In this document: positions 53,869 through 64,000 of the stretch, piece after piece
How positions within the stretch are numbered: the first letter of the stretch is position 1
Layout of the letters: each line of letters begins with the position of its first letter
Assembly (NCBI GenBank): GCA_951406725.2
Contig: OX597818.1
Location: 81,964,001 to 82,028,000 of the forward strand
DNA: 64,000 bases
Reading direction: 5' to 3'
DNA from: Octopus vulgaris
Lineage: Eukaryota
Made by a program: the position numbers and the translations under genes
The notes under the pieces: generated by a model
Databases searched by the model: none
The model's input: the letters and a program-made list of their open reading frames with translations, nothing else
What the model was told of the DNA's origin: nothing

Positions 53869-54011
53869 TATGTGAGTATAAATATATATATACACACAGA
53901 CGTATATGCATATGTGTTTATATGTATATATAATATATATGCATACATAAAGATATATACATTTATATATACACATAGTATATATACATATTTATATATA
54001 TATATATTCAT

Positions 54012-54044
<33 letters not shown>

Positions 54045-54092
54045 CATAAATGCATATATATATACGTGTATATATATATATATATATGTATA

Positions 54093-54134
<42 letters not shown>

Positions 54135-54893
54135 TGTGTGTATATATAGGTATGTATAAGTTCATATACTCACATGCATACACCATGGTGATATTCTATT
54201 CATCATTATCACACACTAAATGACTACGAAACTCACGTTTAGCTACCCAGTCACCAAAGCATCACAAAACCACGTAAGTATATTTTAAATGTGAACACAC
54301 CGAAACACCACGGGGATACACTATAACTACCTCCATAAAAACACTACAGCTTTAAAGACTGGCCACGACCAACGTGTATTTAAAAATTTTATTACGAAAT
54401 AAAACGAATATTTCAGTAAAGTACTGAGGTGAACTTTCAATCGATGGTTTCACTGTTGTCAGAGTTAACGATAAGCTCAATATCATCTTTCTTCTTTATT
54501 GTATTTATTTCGGTTTCTACTAGAAATGCTTCTACATAAATTTTGGCAAACGGAAATATTTCATAACATTATATAACAGACCTAGCTGACGTTTGACTAT
54601 GAAGTTCAACTGGAAACATAATATGGTAAGTTTCATGAATTTGAAATTCTACACATAGAGTTATAAAATATTTCAAATCGATGGTCTATGTGATAATAAG
54701 GAATATTGAAGTCTATCAGAGACGATGTAATGATACAGAATTCTTGGAAGTAAGGATCAAGCATGTGTCGGAGAAGAATTAATAAACTGTTTACGTAATA
54801 TATATTACGTGCAGAACACATGCTTTGCCATTTGGGCATATGCACTCAGAGACTTAGAGACAAAGACAAACACACATATATGTGCTCGCACGC

Positions 54894-54996
<103 letters not shown>

Positions 54997-55366
54997 CACA
55001 CATATATATATACATAAAATAGATAAGACTGATAGATAGATGAATACATACATACATACATACATATGTACATAAAAGGTGTTTGGTTCAAATTTGACAG
55101 TCTGCATTAAAGTCATAAAATATCAACTAGAATATGGTTCGAAGACAACAGATTACTCAAGGTAGACATCCTCACCTTCTAACATGACCCCATACAGCTC
55201 CCTAACTTGGCTCATACGTTCCTCACTGTGCAAAGGTTTTCGAAAACCTGCATCTTGGACAACAGCTCGGTCATAGTATTGCAAATGGAGAAGGTTGATG
55301 ACTTTCTCAAAATATAGTAATCTTATAGATTACAATCAAGGGGAATTAGGGGTCACGAAATTAGGG

Positions 55367-55500
55367 GGCGGCGAGCTGGCAGAAATGTTAGCACGCCAGG
55401 CGAAACGCTTAGCCGTATTTCGTCGGTCTTTACGTTCAGAGCTCAAATTCCGCTGAGGTCGACTTTGCCTTTCATCCTTTCGGGGTCGATAAATTAATTA
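55367..55500 (+). mobile_element. SINE family B, 3'-truncated
   Basis: GGCGGCGAGCTGGCAGAAATGTTAGCACG..CTTTCGGGGTCGATAAATTAA. Confidence 0.85.
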
Positions 55501-56560
55501 AACACAGATAAAGTGTTTCGTTTATGGAAAATTATAATCCTGCACTTATCACTGGGATTTAACTCAGTGTCCCATTTAATGTCCGTGGGTCTCACACGCG
55601 CATGAATTATACAATTACTTTCAAGCCCATCTGTGTAAAATTTGTAGGGAATTGTAAATATTTGAAGGGTTGCATGATAGCAAGATTAGTTGGATAGAGA
55701 GAAAGGGACTGAGAAAGGAAAGAAGCAAGAAGGAAAAAAAGCACAAAGCAGTAGAAACAGGGAAAATGAAATAAATTTGAGGAAGAAAAAAGAGAAAGCT
55801 ATTGAGGAAAGAAGGGAATGAGGAAAGAGAGTATGGTTTTAGAGAAGAACAAATAAAAGAAAGGAGAAGGCGGTAAAAAAATCAAAGAAAATAGAGTGGG
55901 ACGTGAATTAGTAGAGGAAGCAGAGGATTTCATGCTCTAACGACACACTAAATATTGAAAGATTTAGTGGTACATATGTTCTCTAGTACTTTGTACCTGA
56001 GTATGGATTTTTTCTCGTGTATACTACGGTTGAAAATGTTCAGCTTTCTTTTGACTTACGAAATTGGTTTCTACAAATTATGCACATTTCTTTCCTTTCC
56101 GTCAATGCAGTCTACAGCTCATATTTGTATTCGTGTAGGCTCTATATTTTTGAATGATCATCCTCTGTTTAGTAAACTATCTAACGTTCTCTGTTTGTTG
56201 TCAGATCTAGACTGCAAGGCATGCTACATTCAGCTTTGGCATTTTCCTAAATAAAGCAGTGCGAAAAACGCCCAATCGAAATGCCCTTAAGCCTCTCATA
56301 TGTATTGTTTAAGGGTGGTATTTTAGATCCATTCCTTAGATAATTTCCTCGGTATTCAGTTCTGGCTCGCTGTAGGATACCTGCATGTACATCTAGTTTA
56401 ACGAGTGGAGAAGTATCTGCAGGAGGCGATACCTCTCATCTTTGCGATACAGTACTTTGTGAAAAGTCATCTGTATGTGTTCTATTACATCAAGGAAGAT
56501 TTTATCGTCTAGTGATAAGAATATATATATGTATAAGATATCTATATGTATATGTAAGTG

Positions 56561-56602
<42 letters not shown>

Positions 56603-56797
56603 TGTGTGTGTGTACCTCTGTGTGTGTGTGTGTGTATAAGTATGGATATATACATGTATACAAATCTGAATATACACATATGTATATGTATTCATATATA
56701 TGTATATATGTATGTATATATATATATATATATACATATATTTATATATATGTGTATGTTAGGCGAGTATTTATATATATATATATGTTAGGCGAGT

Positions 56798-56903
<106 letters not shown>

Positions 56904-57574
56904 GTGTGTGTGTGTAGAATATCGATAATCATTGAAGGCTTAGGTATTTGAATATCAGTGACCCTGAAAGGAAGTCAATGACTGAGATAAAATCATAGCT
57001 ATATCAATCTTGTTGTTGCTCAGGAGAACAAGATTTTCAACGCGACTCTTAGCTCTTAGCTTCCCATACATTTTCTTCATGTATCTATCGAGCGTCATGG
57101 AAGAATAACACTTTAGTCTTCCTCCTATTGGTAGATGAATTCGATGTCACTATTTAACTTGCCTGCGGATGTGGGATGGCTAAGCAGCGATAATGAGGAA
57201 CAGAGGGTCGTTTCATTTCCGTAAGAAAGGGTGTTCTTCGACTTGACATCATGTAGGTGATTTATGTATCATAGGAGAGGAAATAGAGTGGGAGCAAACT
57301 CGAACTCAGCTTAATCTAGAGAAACTGGAAAAGTGTATACATTTTACAACTACCGATTACAAGCAAAACAGTAAACAGACGTAAGATATTTTAAAAGTTC
57401 AACGGCTTTATCTTCCCTGCTGTTGTTATCAAAATTCCATCAATGAAAATATGTGTCTTTGTTAGAAATCAATGCATTCTTTATAGAAATAAATTAAAAA
57501 ACGTCTGATAATTCGGGCGCGCGCACACACACACACACACACAAACACAAATACACATTCATATACATACATAA

Positions 57575-57697
<123 letters not shown>

Positions 57698-57710
57698 GTG
57701 TATGTGTATG

Positions 57711-57787
<77 letters not shown>

Positions 57788-58190
57788 GAATGTATATATG
57801 TATATACTGCTGTCTGCAATATTTAATTATGTTTTCAATTAAAAACAAAATATATAATGAAAGCATAGATCTTTTGACTTGTTAACATTGTCATCTAATC
57901 TCTGTCTGACATTTTAAATCTATCATCAACCTTCAGTCTCCCTGTTTCTCTTTCGCTCTCCCTCTCTTTCTCTCCTTCTTTCACCGGCATGTTATCTCAT
58001 CTATCACCACCCATTTCCACCATATCCCTCCTTCTTGTATCAGCTTACCGAATCTATAGTCCGTCAAATCTCACAATATTGCAGATTCTATCTCTCATTC
58101 TCTCCATCATTCTCTATTGAGTTCCACCTTTGCTTACTTTGCCAGTGTATCGTCGTAACCATCATAAGCAACACCATAATTGCCATCCTT

Positions 58191-58221
<31 letters not shown>

Positions 58222-58479
58222 CTATAATCCTCATCTCCATAAATGTTGTCATCTTCATTACCATCATCATTATCGTTATCGTCCTGATCGTTGTGAACGT
58301 CATCATCATCGCCATCACCGTCGCCGTCGTCGCCGTCATCCGCCTCCTCCTCCTCATCATCATCGTCATCATCATCATCATCACCATCATCATCATTGTG
58401 GTGCCTACTGCGACGATGACTGTCCATATGAAAAGTCAAGTGTCGTAATATGAAAAGTGGTAACTTACATCTGTAGCCC

Positions 58480-58800
58480 TCACTTCCAGGCTGCTGTCAT
58501 ACAATTTTTGGTATCACACTTTAATCTCCTCACTTAATCTAAAATAAAATTGTTGTATCTCTAAGACAACCCGACTTTTCTTACCGTTAACCAGCTGCGA
58601 GTAGAATATTTTTCTTTGTAACCAATTTTTCTCTTCGTATTGGACACGATAGAATTAAAGTGTGTCCTCTGAATCAATACTCTTCCATATCAGAGCGCTT
58701 GACTTTCTTTAAACGGACAGATCCCTGATCGTATCTTTCCAAGTAATACTCATCACCTGTCTCAGGTAGTTCAGTTATAATACACAAATAACTACTCTTC
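58480..58800 (-). mobile_element. RTE-like RT C-terminal relic
   Basis: Minus strand YLRQVMSITWKDTI resembles the RTE LR.I..I.W.D.I motif. Confidence 0.5.
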
Positions 58801-58974
58801 TATTTGCTGTATCTAATCCACGAGAGTGATCCTAGATTAGCGTAACTAATACAGGGAGTGGCAGAAAAAAACTTCTCTTGTTTTACAAGGCCATTGATGT
58901 GGCGTTAGTAAAGCGAGGTAGGTGGTAAACTAAAAGTCGGTTACGGCGATGATTTTTGCATTTGATCCGAAATG

Positions 58975-59182
58975 AAGGTGCAAGTGGCTGAATATTCCAC
59001 AAACATGCGTAGCTCTCATGGATTTTGAACATTACTCAGATACAACACATTTTTGTTGTTGAGTAGACTGGGGCAACATGAAATAAAGTGTCTTCTTCAA
59101 GGACACAACGCGTCATCAGTAGTCGAACTCATGCCCTAACGACCGTGAGCAGAAATCCCTAACCACTAGGCTATTTGCCTTC
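58975..59182 (-). mobile_element. SINE family C-related, diverged
   Basis: GTGCAAGTGGCTGAATATTCCACA and CCCTAACCACTAGGC match the family C tail and head. Confidence 0.6.
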
Positions 59183-59726
59183 AGATAAGTAGGTGGCAAT
59201 GTTGTTTGAATGTAACTAATGTTTTAACATTTTTTCATAGCTGTTATCATGTGTAAACCGGTGTACACCGAACGTTTGTTGTTGAAATATTTATTGACAA
59301 TCTACTGAATGTCTTAACTTACTTGGGCGAATTTAGAATCGAATTGTCAACGTGGCTGGTCTCTTTTATCTACTCGCGTCTGCATTCTATCTTTTCTATA
59401 AACACAATCATGGTCATTGCCCCGATGAAATTTTTGGTATAGTACTCTCTCAAAACCTTTAAACGTGTCATCCACTTCTATTTTCATGCGCATAAGAAAG
59501 CACAATAAAATGCATAACATATAATTTAATTATTACATATATAGTACAGATATTACATGTAAAATACATATATAATACATATATATCGCATGTACAAAAT
59601 ATAAATGATACGTATATATTACATGCATAAAAAAACAGCCTACGTACAGTGATAGTCAATAAGATAGAAATAAAATTGAAAAATGTATTCTTACTGTGTG
59701 GCACGGTACCAAATGATCTAGAACCT

Positions 59727-59954
59727 ATTTCTTTACTACCCACAAGGGGCTAAACACAGAAGGGACAAACAAGGACAGACAAACGGATTAAGTCGATTAT
59801 ATCGACCCTAGTGCGTAACTGGTACTTATTTAATCGACCCCGAAAGGATGAAAGGCAAAGTCGACCTGGGCGGAATTTGAACTCAGAACATAGCGGCAGA
59901 CGAAATACTGCTAAGCATTTCGCCCGGAGTGCTAACATTTCTGCCAGCTCGCCG
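59727..59954 (-). mobile_element. SINE family B, full length with target-site duplication
   Basis: Direct repeat CCAAATGATCTAGAACCT at 59709-59726 and 59955-59972. Confidence 0.92.
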
Positions 59955-60696
59955 CCAAATGATCTAGAACCTGGTGGATTGGAAACTGTTGGTCTCAAAA
60001 TATAGAACATGAGCACTTTTATCGTGGATGAATCAAGGTCACTTTTCACTCTTACTTCTCTTTAACGATCTTAGTAATAATGAGGTCAGCAGGAAAACTT
60101 CCCTACTAATTTAACAGCTCTTCACGTATTTATTAATAATATCCAACCATTTCATGCTCAATGCTGGAATTAATATCATTCGTGATTATGTTTTTCTCTC
60201 TGTGGAGCTCAGTGAAGATAGTTATTTGTTGATAATGAAGAACTACTATTTTGCTCCCGATGATTATTTATCATAGGAGCGTAAACACGGATTATCGAAG
60301 CATAAGATTCTATTCCGATGGAAGAGCTTAAACTAATCATCCAACATATAATAATAGATAGTTTCTAGTCTAATCTGGCCGTGATACTTTTTGGTGGGAG
60401 TGCCAACAATAAACACAAGTCTCTGTTTGTTTCTTACTCCAAAAGAATGATTATCTCATATCCTGGATACTTCTATCTCTGGACAGTCTTGCCTGAGGTC
60501 GATCAGTGTTATGACAATGAGTCTACGAATGTGGTGCTCTTCTCTGTTGAATCAGTCGGTTTTTTACCACTATTCGCAACATCGTAAGGTTATACAGGTG
60601 TAGATAAAAGATGGCGCTTTTGTATTGAACGAAAGTTTTCCTGCTGCTCGGGCAGAACTCGATTCGTATACTTATTGATTTTATTACAATGAAATA

Positions 60697-61140
60697 AGAC
60701 GGCGAGCTGGCAGAATCGTTACTGCCTCGGAGAAAATGCTAAGAGGTATTTCACCTGTCGCTACGCTCTGAGTTCAAAGTACACCGAGGTCGAATTTGCC
60801 TTTCAAACTTTCAGGATCGATATATTAAGTACTGGTGAAACACTGGGGTCGATGTAATAGACTATCCCCCTTCCCCAAAACGTGCCTGTAGTAGGAAGGA
60901 AATATATAGAAATACATAGAAATAAGGCTGCGAACTGGCAGAACCGTTCCTGCGTCGGACAAAATGCTTAGCGGTGTTTTTTCAGACTTGACGTTCAGTG
61001 TTGATATGTCACCAAATTCGACTTTACCTTTCATCGTTTCGGGGACCGATAATATAAGTACAAGTGGAGCACTGGGATCAATGTAATCGACTTATCCAAC
61101 TTTCAGATATTTCTGGCCTTGTACCAAAATTTCAAACCTA
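60697..61140 (+). mobile_element. Two adjacent older family B SINEs (60697-60900 and 60925-61140)
   Basis: Two heads: GACGGCGAGCTGGCAGAATCG and GGCTGCGAACTGGCAGAACCG. Confidence 0.8.
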
Positions 61141-61508
61141 TATCATTACATAGAAATATTTGTAGAGGATTTAAGCCTGTGAAATTCTCATCTCTAGAGC
61201 GTATATAGTTCAATGAGGAGCTAAACAGATGTAAAAGCATGTTGTAGTGAATATAATTAAACTTAAAAAACTCTGTATCAACTCTACCAAATATTGCCCG
61301 TGTTACATTAATGCTATCTTAGTAAGAAATTGGTGCATCCCTTTTATGTTCAGTTTGGTTTTCGTGCCTGTTTTCTCCTATGATCATGAATGTTGTTTAA
61401 TGGCTGAAAGACTATTATCGCGAATACAAATGGCTGAAATGTTTGTAGACGAATGACGTACACTATCTATCTATCTACCTACCTACCTATCTATCTATCT
61501 ATCTATCA

Positions 61509-61543
<35 letters not shown>

Positions 61544-61674
61544 CATCTATCTATCTATCGATACATATGTATATATATATATATATATATAAAAAAGTTG
61601 AGTTGTGGGGTATCGCACGAGTGGGATTATATAAGAAAAAAGGTTTGAAAATGCAATTTAAACGATGTTTATTT

Positions 61675-61715
61675 ACTTAACCGGTTTCACTCTTTGGTAA
61701 AAGATTGTCAAAAGT
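61675..61715 (-). ncRNA. Decayed minimal type I hammerhead motif
   Basis: Minus strand reads ACTT-TTGACAA (for CTGACGA)-TCTTTTACCAAAGAGT-GAAA-CCGG-TT-AAGT. Stem I is ACTT/AAGT and stem III is the palindrome ACCGGT. Confidence 0.55.
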
Positions 61716-61747
61716 TACATTTAAGGAAACATTGAATAATATGGGTA

Positions 61748-61870
61748 CAAAAAAGTTTTTTACATAATTGTCACATTGAATATTATGCATTCAAAAAAGT
61801 TTTTTACATAATTGTCACATTGGATATTATGAATTCAAAAATGTTTTTTTATACATAATTGTCACATTAC
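61748..61870. repeat. 44-bp minisatellite, ~2.8 copies
   Basis: CAAAAAAGTTTTTTACATAATTGTCACATTG.ATATTATG.ATT starts at 61748, 61792 and 61836. Confidence 0.9.
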
Positions 61871-62280
61871 ATGTATAAATATAGTGTTTGGTAACAGAGA
61901 AGTTCAATAGTGTGATGAGAATATTTGGGAAAATTTGGCAGAAAAGGATAAAACAAATATATTATTGGGAATTGGTTGCGTTAATTATTGGTTGTCGCAA
62001 ATTGTCACATTACATGTATATATATACAATCTTTGGTATATATATACAGCGTTTTGACAGCAAAAATTAAAATGGATTTTTTGTACATCTCAGAATATTT
62101 TAAGTATGTTTTTACTGACCTGTCAGTATTAGCAGAAAGGCTGAACTGAGAGAACAGAAGAAGTAGCCAATGTGGTGTATACTTCCCCTTTATGCATGAA
62201 TGATTTTGGGGTTATCAGGAGGTTAGTTTGTGGGTGTGAATAGATGTGTCAGTGCCTGCTGGTCAGATAGCGTCTGTTTG

Positions 62281-63118
62281 TCACACACATATATATACAC
62301 ACAAACACACACACACACAACAACACACACACACACACACATAGTATACAAACACACACCACATACAAACAACACACACACACACAGAACACACACACCC
62401 ACACACAACGCACCCACATATATCACATATACACACAGCACACAAATATAACATGTATCTATATATAACATACACAGATATATAACACACATACACACAC
62501 ACACACACAACACACACACATACACACACACACAACACACGCACACATACATACATAATATAAATATCACACAAATACACCTAGCATATATATATACACA
62601 CATAAAATACACACATACAGCATGTAAGTAATATACATACACAATATATGCATGCAATATACATACGCAATACATACATATAATATATATATATATAGAC
62701 AATGCATATACATATATACACATATACATATAAATAGTGTTTACATACACATACATAGATGTACCACATATACACACAACACACATACATACAATGCATA
62801 CACATACACGTACGCATACATATAATATATATATACACACACACACATAACATACATACACACACAATGCATACATATATATACACGCAATGCATATACA
62901 TGTATTCATGCATATATAGCACACCTACAATATACATATATACAGTGCACACATACACACAAATATATACACTTAATTGTACACGTACATATACAATACA
63001 CATACATACAATATACATATACACAATGCGCATGCAAATAATGTACATGTTTATACACACATAAACATGCAAATAAATATACACACACACACATACACAC
63101 ACACACATATATATACAC

Positions 63119-63152
<34 letters not shown>

Positions 63153-63346
63153 ATACATACATACATGCACATACATATATTTTTTCACACACATACACAC
63201 ACATATATATATAAAAAAATTCACCACCCCCCACACACACAAATTAAAAACCTATAGCGTACACACTCAAATATATCTCTACATGCCGCACACACACACA
63301 AACAAAGTACTAACATATACACACATACCATGCATATACACACACA

Positions 63347-63383
<37 letters not shown>

Positions 63384-63620
63384 AAACAGATACATATGTA
63401 AATACATACACACGTACACAATGCTCACACACACACACACACACACATACACACACACCCGCACACAGTGCACACACACACACACATATATACACACGTG
63501 CACACACACACACACAACGCGCGCACACACACATATACACACACACGCACACAGTGCACACACACACACACACACACAACACTCACACACATACATCACC
63601 TACATATATATAATGCATGC
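62281..63620. repeat. Degenerate (CA)/(TA) low-complexity tract
   Basis: Seen directly in the sequence. Confidence 0.95.
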
Positions 63621-63763
63621 GTGTGCATGCCACGTATGTGTGCGGTCAATGCCCGCTAGTGTGTCCTATGCGTGCCGATGCGCGCATGTGCCCGCCCGCA
63701 CGATATGCTGTGAGCGTGCGCGCGTCCCTGTGTGCTTGCTCTGGATGTGCTTCCAGGGGTATG

Positions 63764-64000
63764 TTAGAGTATGTTTAGTTGTGGTCTGTATTTTTGAATA
63801 AGATTACTTTCCTTATTTATTCGTGTTTGGTCTGTGGTGTTGTCCGAGCATTGGTATAGTGGGAAGACTAAGAATTTGGGGGACTTATTGTGTGCACAAA
63901 GGTCTAAGTGTCCACTTAGTGGTATCTGTCTTGTGGAGGGGTCCCTCAGTTGTTGTCGGTGAACTGTCATTCTGTCTCTGAGGGTAAGGCTCGTTTGCCC
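63764..64000 (-). CDS. C-terminus of Penelope-like element ORF (GIY-YIG endonuclease), partial; continues beyond window
   Basis: Open frame from the window edge: GQTSLTLRDRMTVHRQQLRDPSTRQIPLSGHLDLC..FLVFPLY..RINKESNLIQKYRPQLN. It has the (YI)GQT, the catalytic R..H helix, the conserved E and the terminal P.LN of GIY-YIG nucleases. Confidence 0.85.
   Translation of the reverse strand, partial: GQTSLTLRDRMTVHRQQLRDPSTRQIPLSGHLDLCAHNKSPKFLVFPLYQCSDNTTDQTRINKESNLIQKYRPQLNIL

Noticed and set aside
58035-58453. His-rich or Asp-rich ORFs
   Set aside because: Products of a degenerate (CAT)n microsatellite.

Overview
AT-rich, microsatellite-dense eukaryotic DNA with no recognisable host exon, rRNA, true tRNA or CRISPR. 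The tRNA-derived SINE families and repeat landscape look like an octopus (coleoid cephalopod) genome, which is an inference from recalled repeat sequences. Nearly all ORFs in the track are artefacts of (AT)n, (ATCT)n, (CA)n and (TAA)n repeats. The real coding signal is decayed transposons: RTE, Tx1/L1, CR1/L2-like and R4/Dong LINE fragments, a Tc1/mariner-superfamily transposase, and Penelope-like element (PLE) GIY-YIG endonucleases, one of them an open frame running off the window end. The standout feature is a ~99% identical head-to-tail array of five 452-bp non-coding units (22802-25061). Each unit carries a type I hammerhead-ribozyme motif with a palindromic stem III and an unusual A/A at the base of stem II, which makes it a candidate retrozyme-like or non-autonomous PLE self-cleaving/circular RNA system. 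Eight further intact or decayed hammerhead motifs from five other repeat families lie in the window, including an inverted pair inside a ~490-bp palindrome. Repeat boundaries were read by eye and are approximate unless exact motifs are quoted.
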